DNA of 55,087 nt, the filler included, from Sphacelaria rigidula (taxonomy: Eukaryota), in NCBI GenBank assembly GCA_964200075.2. It is 5 parts of 5 records of this genome, joined end to end, with 100 filler letters (N's around TTAATTAATTAA, not from the genome) between each part and the next. Parts side by side here need not be neighbours in the genome. Positions count along the whole stretch, not along the records: positions 1 to 10,942 come from CAXNAA020005650.1; positions 11,043 to 21,982 come from CAXNAA020005651.1; 3 more parts are not named here. One strand, written 5' to 3'. The notes under the pieces are model-generated. The model saw only the letters and a program-made list of their open reading frames with translations, had not been told where the DNA came from and ran no database searches. Below, in pieces: positions 1-12,720 of this stretch; position 1 is the stretch's first letter; each line of letters begins with the position of its first letter. A program made the position numbers and the translations under genes.

Positions 1-535
1 ATGTATACTGGTCCACGATCGGCAGTTCCTCTTCTCCCCACTTCCATCTGAACTCTACCCGGATTTTTCTTATCTTCGTTACAGACGAGTACTGCGCATT
101 TGTTGACGTTCGCTGTCACTCTCCATGTCCTAGTGTATTCTAGCGCCTTGTCTATCTGTGACTGTAGTCCTCTTGGTGTCCCTGAAATCCCCACAAAATC
201 AACCGCGAACATCAATCCTGATATCTTCACCCACCTGAACCCCTTGCTTCGCTAGTTATGTTGCTATTATCAAGTAATTAATGAATATCTTTAACAAAGT
301 GGGTGATGACGTATATCCGTGTGCAACTCTTTGTAAGATATCGAAATATTTCGATATTTCCCCGTCTAGCATCATGGCACTTTTGGCGCATTCTGCCATC
401 TTCTTCACCATTCTCCACACCTTTCCTCTGATCCCAGCTTCCCACAATTTCTTCCACAACCCATTTCTCCATACTGTGTCATCAGTCTTTTGCGCGTCTA
501 GAAAGAAACAGTACGTTGTCCGCCCGGTGTCTTTC
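1..535 (-). mobile_element. Degenerate non-LTR (LINE) reverse transcriptase fragment
   Basis: Minus-strand translation across frameshifts gives TTYCFFLD..., LWEAGIRGKVWRMVKKM, VAHGYTSSPTLLKIFIN (the QG..LSP.LF motif, decayed), GLMFAVDFVG (FADD decayed) and WRVTANVNKCAV...EEELPIVDQYT. Confidence 0.88.
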
Positions 536-554
536 CTACCCTTTCAGGGTAGGG

Positions 555-1364
555 GGGGGGCATACTCTGCGTTATTCGTTCGACTGTTGAAAACTCATCC
601 CTTTCCAGACGGAGCACCGTGCCTACTCCCCCTAGTGGAAACACCTCCAACATTTGCGCACTTATCACGTTTCTCCCATATATCACACAAAAAGCCTTTG
701 GCACTTATTATCCCCTTCCTGTTCGCCGTCCGTAGCCACCATCGATCATTAGCATATCGATCTGTCAGGAGATACCTTTTCGCTAGTCTCATGTGTCAAA
801 CGACTATATGCCACCTTCTTTTGCTTTTCGCATTTCCTTCCCTTATACGTTCTGTTCCTCCTTGTATTATTCACATTCTGCCACTGTATGAGTTCTATCC
901 TCTACTGCTTTGCAACACGGCAAGTTTGTGCATCTATTTCCTCCCCCAGTCGACTACGAGCACACCTCTTTTTTCCTTGTGGCAGGTCCAGACCCCTCAC
1001 CCAAAATCGCAGTTTCTACTTTTTCGCCAAGCCAATTAGGCCATGCAAACATGCGATCATTCCGAGCCCCCCTCTCATCCCGCCGTATACCTTTGGATGC
1101 TCTTTCTCGTCTGCTTTCCATCTGAGCATCTATTTTTGCCTCACTTTTATCTTGTACCCCCATATTTACCTCGTCTTGGTTTTCTTTTATCTCCTTCCAT
1201 ACTTTCCCGACTTCACCCATCACATCTTATTCCAGGCTGCCCTTTTGACGCATTTTTTCAAAGAGCCACTCAACTACGGCTGGCAATATTTTTTCTTGTC
1301 ATGGTTCTCCACGTTTTAATGCCCTTTCCCTTTTCTCATGTCTCTCTTCGTACAAACCCTAGCA
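555..1364 (-). mobile_element. Degenerate LINE ORF2 C-terminal region and 3' end
   Basis: Frameshifted minus-strand peptides typical of the post-RT part of a LINE (KVWKEI, KLRF..DLDLP, a Cys-x2-Cys...RTH zinc-knuckle remnant, DRWW...KR..NVGGVS). It continues at 1948-2480 beyond an inserted TIR element. Confidence 0.7.
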
Positions 1365-1366
1365 TA

Positions 1367-1945
1367 CTTCCTCTGTCTCATAGGTTGGGGTACCTATGGG
1401 CAATACGTTGTCTGGGTACAACCGTGCTAGTGAGGATTGTATTGTCGGCTTCATTAGAAAGATAAAACGAAGACGGAGTTATAGAAAAAAACGTGTCTAT
1501 TCCTTTACCTAGAAGCGACTAAAAAAGAGTTGAAAAATAAAACCTGAAAGAGAATTTGTCTTGAGATTAGTTTCGAGAATTCTCGAAAAAATCTCAAAAG
1601 CGTCAAACTCTAGTACCCTACCTGCCCATTACACCATTCTAGCGATGGACTCGGTCCCCAGCACACTCTTACCTCGCAAACGGGGCGGCGAGATAGCGGT
1701 TGGTGGTCGCTACGGAATGGCGGCAAAGGGTTTCGACACTTTCATTCCCGTTCGAAAGGCGTGAAATACGGCCACTTTTGGGCCGATTGATTTTTTTCGG
1801 CCGGTCGGCCGCATGGTTCGAGCATCGACTGAGAAGAAAAAAAAACACTAAAAAAACACCGAAGATTTCAACAAAGAAATATAAAAACAGATGGGACACG
1901 GTTGAGGCGTACTAATTCAGGTACTGTAACTTATGAGACAGGAAG
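1367..1945. mobile_element. Non-autonomous Tc1/mariner-type (Stowaway-like) TIR element inserted into a LINE
   Basis: Left end CTTCCTCTGTCTCATA; right end TATGAGACAGGAAG (inverted, 2-nt indel). TA on both sides. LINE coding remnants lie on both flanks. Confidence 0.6.
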
Positions 1946-1947
1946 TA

Positions 1948-2480
1948 TACCCACTTCTGCTTTCAATGTTGTACTACTCGCTTCTTTGGGCATGCAAGTA
2001 TTTTTTCAACCGGGTTCTCATCTTCGTCACATGAAAGTACCGCGCATTTGTTGACGATCGCTGTCACGCTTCATCTCCTTATGTATTCAAGCGCCTCTAT
2101 TTGTTTTTGCAATCTCTGTGATGTTTCTGATACCCCCACCAAATCATCCGCGAGCATCTATCCCGACACCGTAGTTTTCCACAATATTTTCTCCATACTG
2201 CGTAATGGACCTTTCGTACATCTAAAAAGAAACAGTACGTTGATAGCCCTGCATCATCCTTACCTCGAAAAATCATTCCTAATGTGTACACACGGTCTAC
2301 TCATCTACGGTTTGGTGCATGATCTGCTTGTCCCTCGTTGTTTTTCTCTTCCTTCCCTAGCAACGTTACCGCTCTATCGTTCAAAAGCCCGTTTTTCCTA
2401 CGGTGCTCAGTAGCGTCATCCCTCTATTATTCCAAAGCGTCAGCCTTGCCTCCATTCTGTCACAGGTAACTGTACCTCAC
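1948..2480 (-). mobile_element. Internally deleted LINE RT fragment
   Basis: NNRGMTLLSTVGK, YTLGMIFRG...STYCFFLDVRK, then a jump to LADDLVGVSETSQRLQKQIEA...VTAIVNKCA. Homologous to 1-535. Confidence 0.75.
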
Positions 2481-5043
2481 TATTTCCGTACTACACGATA
2501 TAAATACGTATGGAGCTTACTCCCACTTCTTCACATTTCTAGTCTTATCCATTGCGAATCTGGCTTTAGCACTCTTTTGTACAACGCCTTCGCTTGGTTA
2601 ATCTCGAGGAACTTCAACGTCTCCACCTCATTTATATTCTTCTTCGTTTCGCCGTGTTGCCCAATACTGGGCAGCTTCTCATAGTCTGAAAGAGGTCACT
2701 GAAAAACATTCGCGTGGAGCATTTAGTTCAGTGTTATCTTTTTCTGAGGATCCCGTTTACACGGCACCGCCTTTATAGTTCGTAAAAAACGCCTGGGAGT
2801 TTGTACAGCCAAGGCCATCATTTAGCCCGTGTGCAGACGGTAGTAGTGATCGGCAGTTGCATTTTGTGCTTGTGCCACCTGCGGTGAAGTGAAAGCTAGT
2901 GTCGTGCAGTACAGAACGTATAGGCGCATCAATCCCAACCATCGCTTGGTACAGTAGTAGTGTCACAACAGCTGAGCGGTGCTGTGTGTAGCAGTACGGT
3001 TTTCGCCGCACCTTACTGAGACTGTTGCTACCGCACCACTGACTGCCAGGGGAGTTTCTTTGCGGGGCGATACGGTGTCATTAATAGTAATAACGCTGCC
3101 GACGAAAAAGCACCTGTACTGACTGCTCCTGTTCCTACGGTCATGAAGAGCTTGCACGCAATGCTGCAGGAGCTGTGCTTCTGCCATGGTGATGTACAGT
3201 AGAATACATAGCATGCATTATCTACTGTTGCAATTCCTGCACAACACTTGTATGCGAGGAGTGTGTGACGGAGCGTCCCTCTTCCGACAGAGTGATCTCA
3301 GTGAAAACTCACCATTTTTCTCGACGGGTCCGCAAAAATGTCGCTGTCAGAAAAAAATAAGCACTCTCCATGGAGTTTTTACTGAAAAATGGCCCTGTAA
3401 GGTTGCGCTCCAAAGAAAGGTCTCGCGGAAACTGACCACAACACGTTTCTCTGTGCTTTTTTCAGACTAGAAGAAGCGGTATTACCACCCGGTTAACTTG
3501 CTTCTCCTCGCCTTCCATGCTTTGATACATTTGCTGCCATCTCTCCCATCTTCATCTGTATATCGCTTAGCGTACCCTTCGATTATAACAGCATATTTAT
3601 GTTCCCTGCGTAAAGCTCTTTCGTTCCCCGCTCTCCCGGTACCCTTGTACGTGCGCGTGTTAGGGAGAAGATGTAAAAATATTTTCCCCGGGTTTCTCTG
3701 CCCCCATTCACACAACATGCTTTCAGTAGTGAGGGTAGGTCGCATGCCTTCTACTCGCACCGGGTACACGTGGGGATTTATTGTTGTCTGACCTCCGATT
3801 CCTCAAACGTCACATAACACCCCTTTTGCTAGGATTGTGTAGGGAAAGTATGCGTTGATTTTTATCCCCGGGAAACGGGATAAGAGGGATGGATCACAAG
3901 CGGAAATGTGCTGGCCACCGACGTCTGAAGAGTCAGATAACACCCTCGTTTTCTGGGATTGTTGAAGGAGGGTATGCGTTGATTGTTATCTCCGGGAATG
4001 AGGATGGGGAGGGACGGGGGTTATAAGGGTCAATGTGTTAAAATGCTTCTGACGATGCCCCCCGCGTGTTTAGCGGCCTCGCCATTGCAACTAGCGAAAA
4101 CACTAGATAACAACCGCAACGTGTCTGGCGAAGGGATAGATCGAAAGCATCGCCGAGTGGGGAGAAATGACGGGGCGGTGATAAACACCTTGTTGTTCGC
4201 ACGTTCTACCGAAGTGTACGTGTGTAAAGCCATTCATGTGTAGCAGGCCAAAATGGTAGATACCACCCGAGTGATGACTGACTTCGGGGCGGGATCCGCA
4301 CATGTCCTGTCCGGATACGGAAATAGACGGGAACAGCTGTTATTGTTTGTAATTTCCACATTTCAAATATCCACAGAAAACTTCTATGTCATCCAAACGC
4401 ATTGCCATTTGCACGGATTAGGTCACACAGGTGGATACCGTTATTGAATTAATGGTATGAAGCACTCCCTGGGGGACGGATACTTTCCCGTCTCCTGCGC
4501 TATCATGCACACCCCGCTTCAGTCTGACTACGAGTACACAAATGGTGTTCACATACTATTACGCCATGTCCAAGTTCGGGATCTTGCTGAGACCGTATTG
4601 TATGAGTGATGCTACGGTAGGGATTGCACTTGCTTCGCGAAAATGTTACTCGGGGTGTTGGACGGGTCATTCTGAGAACCGGCATAATTTTTACTTGAAA
4701 AAGACTGAAGTGATGCCGATTCACGGAAAGGCCCCTGCGTGCATTTCCATGTCCGGTCCCCGTAGATTTGGGTTACACAGTAGGTCCCATAAATTCGGGC
4801 TCATACCAAAACGAGACCCAGAAACAAAAACTACAGCCCCTCTCGTAGCATTGCTTGTGTAAAACTCGAAAATCGCGAAAACCTGGGCTGGAATAGCGGA
4901 GAACTTCCCCCAAGCCAATTTTCAGTGCCTCACCTTCATCCCCCTGCACTGGCCGATGCTGTGGGTCCCGGATACGAATTACATCTATTATGTAAGACCA
5001 TGAGTCTGGCACTCGGTATGCTGTACCCACGTGGCTAACTAAC

Positions 5044-5880
5044 CTTTTTCGCATCGAGCGAGTCCCTCAGTCGCTCCATCTTCTCATCATTGCTCAGATT
5101 GTCCGCCGCCGTGATCAACTCCTCTCCAGGCACACTCGTAAGTTCCGCGAAAATTTCCGATATAGGCCCCCCCGCCGTGTCTCCAAAAACAGCCTCGAAC
5201 TGATCGGTAGGAATCGATAAGCCTGTGCATGTCTTGAGCACGACACCAACGAGAATCTTGAGCAACGGCACTGCCTGCTTGACCCACCGCAACAGCTTCG
5301 TCACCTCGTACCCCTGCCCGTCAGGCCCACACTCCGCCAGACTCAAGTCGTGCGCGCAGAGGAAGAACAGCCGCAGTTTCCGTCTCACCTTATCCTTGCT
5401 CTTGCAAAATCGTCCAAGCTTTTGACAGCATGTGCCAATGCCTGCTTTCTGGCGTTTATTGGACCATGTCTCTAGTCTATCAGACCAGTGCGGGAAGCGC
5501 CTCTCGTCCTCAGTGAGTCCTGAGTCGTGCTCCGGCAAAAGACACGCCGGAAGAAGGCAAGCCAAGCGAGGCACCGGCCACCGCAAGCTCGCCACATTGT
5601 AAGCCACCGATTTCAGCAATGTCTTCTCGGAAGTAGTGAGTCCACCGACAGATATCCCGTCTATCTTCGATCCAAGATCGTTCAGCAATGACAGTGTGTG
5701 CTCCCTGTTGTCACGTTGCTGGCGGGTGATATCTCCGATACTCTTGCGCAGAAGGTCAAGTCTACCATCAAGGTTGTCCATCCTATCCAGGAAAGCAGCT
5801 TGAGACTCCATTCGTCCGAGCCTATCTTCCCCCAAGGCATCCAAGACGCGGAGTAGCACACCCCCGAGATTTTGTCCCAG
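5044..5880 (-). CDS. ROCO GTPase, exon encoding the post-COR coiled-coil and C-terminal domain (partial gene)
   Basis: Acceptor TTTTTAG at 5887-5881 and donor GTTAGT at 5043-5038; 837 nt, phase 0/0. Peptide LGQNLGGVLLR...WPVPRLACLLP...LRLFFLCAHDLSLAECGPDGQGYEV..WVKQAVPLLK joins in frame to the COR exon. Confidence 0.85.
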
Positions 5881-7192
5881 CTAAAAACAGACGAAAACAG
5901 CGGGCGAATCAGGTAGATTTAGGCAAGTTTCGTTACGACCGTCTGAAAGGGCAAATAAAGACTATACCGTGAGATTTTCATCCCGTCCCGACCCATTGTT
6001 AGGGCAAACGTACACGAACATGCGTACCGATGTGTGCTGATACCACAGTTTGTGCAGGCGACACCTTCACGCGTGAGCCAACGAAAATCATGATGGAATT
6101 CTTTTTGCAAGATACCTGACGGATATTTTGCAATGCTCCGACTACACCCCGAAACATCATCGACCTCTCGTAACATTGAACGGGACTTTTAGGTTCAACT
6201 GATCAAACGCCTTGTAGAAAAGGACCGGAATGGCCCGCGAAGTTCAACAGGAAATATTTATAAACGTCCTGTGAGGACGAGTGAGGATAAGAGGAATACC
6301 AAACGGGGTCGGAATGGACGAACTCAATTTGGAAATAGGTTGACACCTCCCAGGACGGGCAGTAAGCCGTGGACTATAGGCCGGTCGGGACGGGACAAAT
6401 CTGTCCCGCGCCGACACTTTCCTCCCAAGACTTATGTCCAATGAAAAGCCCTGTTTTCTACTCGAGGGCTCGGCGGACGTGGCAAGACATCACTCGGGTC
6501 TTTCAACACAAGCGCCAGCAACACGCGTTCGTACTGTGATTGGGAGTCCGAAATATTTCAACTGCCAAAAAATCTTGCATCGGATCATGTAGTGCAAGCG
6601 GAGAGTCCACGAAACAGTCGATAGTGTGTCGCGAGGTTTGTCGGGTGCCTTTATTGTGCCTTCGTTGCTATCGCGACTAACGAATCCGTGAAATTTCCAA
6701 CTGCTCTCTGACTGGACGATCGGAAGTCAAGCTCAGACCCTACTTTTGTGCCGACAACACACCCACACAAAACTAGGACATACAAGCACCTTGCGGGCGT
6801 GGCGGGTATCATGAGCATGACCCAGCGAATGAGCGAACCTTGCTTACTTCGTGCCCCATTATTGCTACTTGAATTAAATTATGTAGACAACTTTGTCCCG
6901 CATTCAAACATTTAATTGCCGGTCGATACCGACGGAATGCGTAAAAGCGAGTTGCACCGGGGAACACGGGATCCAAATACACTGTGCTACACAACGAAGG
7001 TCATACCATGAACAGACGTACAAGTGGATTCACATAATATCCAGCACAAACGATACAGACCTTCATATGCACACGGACCACGTGTGAGACATGAGCCCCA
7101 TTTTACAGTGGTGTATTTATCACAAGCCAAGACATCGACAAAGAGGTACAATCGTGCATCACCACTAAAAGTGATTCCACCACGAGACACAC

Positions 7193-8068
7193 CTCGCCGA
7201 TGCGTTCGAGATGCTCCTCAAGATTGTTCAAGCTATCTTGCCAAGCCGGCACGCCAAACGTGTACTGAGGCGCCCCTGACGGATCAAACTGCAGTCCAGG
7301 ATATCGCCTCTTGAGTAGCTTGACCAGGGCATCTTTCAGATCACGCCCGGGTTTGTTCACCGTCTCGGGGGTGCTCCCTGCCACGTCGATCTCAATCCTG
7401 CCGGGCACGTCGTCATGAGGATCGTGTAGACAAATCAGGCACTCCAAACCTCCCATCGCAAACGTCGCTCCTCTGTTCCAGCACGAGTGGAAGTCGATAT
7501 CAGATATGTCGCAGAACGTCCCGAGAAAGTGAGCAACGAGCCCGGGAGGCACGTATTTGCTGCGAACTTCCACAATGATCTGCATCCGGACACCATGAGA
7601 AACGACAGTCTTTAGTTCCCGAAGAGAGGCATCGCCGACACGAGCCGGCAGACGTGCTGGCACCATGAACTCATCGCCATTAGCGACAATGCTGCCAGCG
7701 CCATGATCATCGCTAACGAGAGCGCAACGAAACATCGCACCGTGAACCGCAAGGGTCGAGATCATACGATCGATCACGTTTTTGTTCTCGGGCTCGATTT
7801 CGTTTCGCCACAGAAATTCGACGTAAGGCTTGGTGAGTCTGCCGGCGTTGACGAACTTCTTGTGTACCGCGACCAGCTCGTCGAAAGCAATTGGGTGCTC
7901 ATTACAGTACTCCATCAACTGCTCTGTCCACTCGCTAGCCTTCGTTGGATCAACCAGGTCATGGTCCAGCAGGGCTCGCAGTAGAACGTTGATCCATGAT
8001 GGGTCAAGATGCACTAGGCCACACGTCACCAGCGTCGTGCCCCCAATTCCGCGCATGGTCACCGCTGC
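7193..8068 (-). CDS. ROCO GTPase, COR-domain exon
   Basis: Acceptor GTGTTCAG ending at 8069 and donor GTGTGT at 7192; 876 nt, phase 0/0. COR-type motifs GLVHLDPSWINVLLRALLDH, EFMVPARLP, YVPPGLVAHFL, CWNRGATF. Confidence 0.9.
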
Positions 8069-8733
8069 CTGAACACAACAGGGGAGGAAACCTACATGAG
8101 CGCTACGATATCCACTTACGACGGATCAAAACCTAGTCTCGAACGTACGACATATGGATTGTGCTTCCCGACAGTACACTTCAAATCGTCACAATAGATT
8201 TGCAATAGCGTCCGTGTCAATAAGCGTGCTGTGCGATCTGAAACCGCATGTGTTGGTGCCACCGGCTTACCGCTTACCGCGATACTCAGGTACTTGGCAT
8301 ACACAGCTAATGTGACATGTCAACGTCGAGCGGGTTTCGCACACTCGGTGTGAGCACAATGAGATGTGCATTGGAGACAAAAACAGAATGATGCAACGAC
8401 AACATATTGTTTTATGTCCGCGTGCGGTATGTGCAGCTTTTTGCCTGCACGATGCCGTTGAAGTTGGCATCAAGGCATCACCTTGTGAAAAAACCGCAAC
8501 ACGGTGAAATATACACGGTATTTCACCGTGTCCAAGTTACGAGTGAGGTACATCGAAACGGCGCGGCGAAAATCGAAAATCTTACGGTCTGCATTACATG
8601 ACGAAACAGACCACCAGTCAATCTCCTGCGAGGGAGCCATCATTCGTTACAAAATACTATGACACCAGGGGCTGTCACCCACTGGTGTGATGAAGTTCGT
8701 CAGTCTTCACAGCGATGCAAAATGATCGCATAC

Positions 8734-9432
8734 CTTGAAAACTTCTCCCCCATCTTCGTATGACCCCCCAACCTCCGTAGCCAGTTTCAGGCGGTGCACC
8801 ACGTCTGCCCACGTCTTCAAGGCGTGTTCCCAGGTGACGAACTCATGCTTTGCCCACCCTTCGACGGGGCTTACGGGTTGGCCAATCGACTGTGCTGCAA
8901 TAAATGGATTAGCGCCCTTGTGCAAGGCATCCATCACAGCCCACACCCTCGCCCAGGAAACAGGTATCGTCTGCCCGACGCTCGGAAAAAGTCTTTCACC
9001 ATCCGCTACTTGCACTTCTTCATATGCTACCCTACATATTGTGTCTCGCAGTAGAGAGAGGCCATCCGTGCTACAGCCAGAAACTTCCACGACGTCGCAA
9101 ATCTTGAGCGATGGGGCGGTGGAAGCAGAACTGTCCAGGATGTTCTTAGTCTGCATGAGGGCTGCCTCACGGTTCCATTCATTACGCTTGTGCTTGATGT
9201 GCTCCCTGATGGCAGCTCGTAGCTGCTCCAGAGCTGCATCCACTTCACCTCGATTCTCTCCGAAGCGGTCGCCATGGGTTGCAACGACCAAGACTGCGCA
9301 AGAGGGCACTCGACACAATAAGGCGTCGAGCCAGATGTATACCGCGTCTCCCTGACAAGAAGGATCTTGGCAAGACTTAAACTTGTACAGATCCACTACC
9401 AGCAGCTGCAGAGCTCCCTCAGTCAGAAACAG
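8734..9432 (-). CDS. ROCO GTPase, exon with the C-terminal half of the ROC domain and start of COR
   Basis: Acceptor TTCACAG ending at 9433 and donor GTATGC at 8733; 699 nt, phase 0/0. Motifs LFLTEGALQLLVVDL, G4-like VLVVATHGD, G5-like VEVSG, GLSLLRDTI, IPVSWARV. The G1-G3 and LRR exons are not in this block. Confidence 0.9.
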
Positions 9433-9721
9433 CTGTGAATGTGAGCAAGCAAGATGACAGAAAACAAGAAATAGTTTCCTCGGTGGAAATGCTTCGCACG
9501 TTCGAAATGTTGAAACAAAGCCTGTGTGATCTAGAGGTATATTTTTCCGATCGAAGCGTGCTGTGTCATTCATCGTGTATGAAAATCGAGCCAGTGAGGG
9601 TCGTTTTAACCCATAGGGCGCGAGACCCTGACAACTGGATCCAAAAGGACCACGTATTACATATAACGAATCATCTCTATGATAATATAATTCTTTACCT
9701 TACGATGTTAAGCCCATAACA

Positions 9722-10078
9722 TGTTCGTGAGATTGGGAGTAGTGTTGTTTCTTCGGAACGGGGGGATTTTCCTGATTCACACCCGAGACGGCCGAATCGT
9801 CCTAAACGACCATCGCCCCCTGAACGCCCGTGATCTTACTGGAACTTTTGGCGCAAGCATATTTGAAATCTGTGACGTCTTCTACAACAAATAATCTAAA
9901 CAAGTTTCCCTGATAACTGCACTGACCACGTCGATTTTAAACCCCTTTGCACCCTAAATCTGGTCAGATCATGGACTTTCGGGGGGTTGACGGCCGTTTC
10001 GGACGATTCGACCCTCTCGATGTATATCACGACAAACCTCCCGTTCCGGAAAAAAATCCGTTTTTGACCTCACGAACA
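9722..10078. mobile_element. Degenerate foldback MITE in a ROCO intron
   Basis: Ends TGTTCGTGAG / CTCACGAACA. Arms of about 150 nt are imperfectly complementary (GGAACGGG/CCCGTTCC, CGAATCGTCC/GGACGATTCG). Confidence 0.65.
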
Positions 10079-10329
10079 AGTAGAATGTGCTGATTCTCTG
10101 CTGTCAAACATTTTCCCCGAAACTCGAACCCATGCGCCGCGCACCGTCCTTATCGCGTGATCATACTTACCCGAGTGCCCCGGTGGTGTAATAGTCAGAC
10201 TGTCACCATCACGGTGCACCAAAAACATTTTCGCGCACACCTACTGAGTCATTTTGTTTGTACCTCTCGGGGAGTGGGGGGGGAAGGGGAAGGGTAGGGT
10301 GCTAGACCACCACCCCCCCCCCCACCCCG

Positions 10330-10641
10330 GTCGAATTCAAATGAAAGCGGGAAGAAGAGGAACTGCCGATCGTAGACCAGTATACATACCTTGGCGTAGA
10401 GATCTGGAAACACTGTTCTTGGGATGCACACATGACCAAAGTAATAGAAAAGGGTAAGGGACAGATAAGCAGGTTGAACGTGATTCTCAGAGACCCGCAC
10501 CTAGACACTGGGATTAAGAGATCTATCCTGATGAACGTGATCGTACCACAGCTGGAATATGCGGGAGACGTATGGGAGGAGAGCGCGAACTTGTTGGAGA
10601 GGGTAGAAATAGTACAGATGGCAGCCGCTAAGATTATACTT
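10330..10641 (+). mobile_element. LINE RT thumb/post-RT fragment
   Basis: EEELPIVDQYTYLGVEI...WDAHMTKVIEKGK...LEYAGDVWE...VQMAAAKIIL. Same family as 1-535. Confidence 0.82.
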
Positions 10642-10942
10642 GTGCCCCCTAACCTCTAGACTCTTGGGTTGCCATCAAGTGGCAACGGCACTGTAAAAAA
10701 CGCCACCAAAACCTAGACAAATGTACAGGATGCCACCGTACATATACCGGGGACCGCCACTAGAAAACGTTCCGGACCGGCATACACGACAGGACGGAAA
10801 TTAAATAATCCAATGGTTTACCCCGGGAACACAATTTATTTATCCCACCATAACACAGTCCAGACACAGACATGAAATAGAGAAGCTTACCGTCCTTTTT
10901 ATTTAACCTACTATAACACAGCCCGGACATAGACATGAAATG

Positions 10943-11042
10943 NNNNNNNNNNNNNNNNNNNNNNNNNNNNNNNNNNNNNNNNNNNNTTAATTAATTAANN
11001 NNNNNNNNNNNNNNNNNNNNNNNNNNNNNNNNNNNNNNNNNN
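10943..11042. other. Artificial contig linker (N44-TTAATTAATTAA-N44)
   Basis: 100-nt spacer with stop codons in all six frames; identical at four places. Confidence 0.97.
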
Positions 11043-12720
11043 GAAGAGTTCACGACACACACCGAATTAATTACTGTACTAGTGACTGTTGGCGAAGGGT
11101 CTGCTGCAATCGGTGATGATTATTGTCCTCGTTGGTGGCTGTCGAAGAAAACCACAGGGAGACATCGTGGGATTACTGTTTGTTGTGAGCTTTCACCAGC
11201 CACGTACCTGCGTCCGACAGTACTTTCGCAACATCTTCAACTGACAACTGGCATTACCCCTCCGCCCATGCCCATTTTGGTACCAACCACTACTTGTACT
11301 GAATACAGTAGTAGCTGCACTGCATTTGCGGTCGGTATTCCACTCCGTCTGGACTACTTCTCGTGATGTTGCACTACTGCTCGTGATGTACCCATTTTAA
11401 ATGGGACAGGCCCCACTTTTCGGCGTCAGCTCAGACATCGCTTGCACCATGTTCAACTTGTACATGGCTTGAACCGTCCACTGCCTGTACACGCGGGCGT
11501 GTCTTGTCGAGACGGAACTGCAGTTTGCACGACCATTTTGCTCACTGACAACCTCCACAATGACCACATTCAAGTGTATCGAGAACATATTTTTGTCCCA
11601 GTCCAAGTCACTTCTGCTAATGAGCTCACAGATGCGGCGTTTCTTCCGGTGGTCTTTGATCCGACATGCGGGATGGTCTTTGATCCAACATTTGGGAACT
11701 TGTACATACAAGACTCGATATGGAAACTCAACACCAACGCACCAAGCCCAGCGGAAGACCCACACGCATTATGATTGCGTCATCCCCAGCTCTAGAGGGC
11801 AGCGGCATGCGTTTCACTTTGACACACGAGAATCCGTTTTTGACCCCATTTGTGCGAGTTTTCGTGTTCGTGGCACGTCTGACACAAAGTACCAGTCAAG
11901 ACGTTGCTTTTGCTGCTTGAGGAGATGACCGAATGTACTGTAATGCCTCTCTTCTAGATTATTAGACAGCTGTCTCTCTTGCTCCAGTGCCTGAATCAGT
12001 CATGCGTATCTGATTACTGTACTCGTATGCTAATTCCTGTTCCCACTTACTTCACTGTAATCCGTTCGCCGGATGTAACGATTCGTCCCGATCCACTAAC
12101 CCCAGATCCCGCTTCACTGTACAGAATCGTACTCCTCCAACTTCTCGGGTCGCTTGTCATCGTGATTTAAAAAAAACTCCGGGGAGAATGCCTATTTTGG
12201 GTTGTTTTTCGCCTGAGGAGGCTGAAGGTAGGTTCAGACATGTCGGGATGGCTCGCTCTACTCCTTGAGACGCTCCGGGAACAGTAGTTTTTCGGTGGCC
12301 TCGTTGATCCTGTTCAAACTAGAATTTGATTTTTCAAACGGAGTAAGTCTAAAAGAACTCCCGATACTTTCATACCTTCCGGCGCATGTGGCGTTTCTTT
12401 TTATTAGGCCGGCCACACACCCCCACCCTCGAAAATTCAGATTGGGGTAGGGTTCCGTATTTTTTATTCAATACCGTTCCTCACATCCGTTTCTTGCGGA
12501 TTCAAGTCCCCCTAGAGAAAGGTTTCACCGGCCAAAAGTCTGTAGACATCCAGGGGTTTCCGACGAGCGGGGGGCAAAGGTGAATGTTCCCCAGATGAAC
12601 GGGAAAGCTTAGCTTAAGCTTACAAAGTCAGCCATGCGTGTGTGAAAAATTGAAAATTTCCAGAAAAAGCATTCACGTCCGATACCAGGCCCGAAGAAAA
12701 GAGAAGCCGTCATGTTTATA

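Noticed and set aside
4937..4960. Possible ROCO micro-exon (HRPVQGMK) between CAG and GTGAGG
   Set aside because: Weak pyrimidine tract and no homology support; cannot be distinguished from chance.
8735..9355. 206-aa plus-strand ORF and similar long ORFs (281-1039, 34382-35080, 39486-40112)
   Set aside because: Antisense shadows of ROCO, LINE, copia and transposase-derived coding sequence.
10171..10240. Candidate upstream ROC exon (QSDYYTT-like peptide followed by GTAAGT on the minus strand)
   Set aside because: The frame needed for phase-0 joining contains a stop. The YY-containing frame is preceded by TGA and lacks DFAG.
10987..10998. TTAATTAATTAA palindrome recurring every ~11 kb
   Set aside because: Embedded in N runs. 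It is an artificial six-frame-stop linker, not a biological periodic signal.
11397..11930. Overlapping 110-122-aa ORFs on both strands
   Set aside because: No recognisable motif or consistent splice structure; not supportable as a gene.
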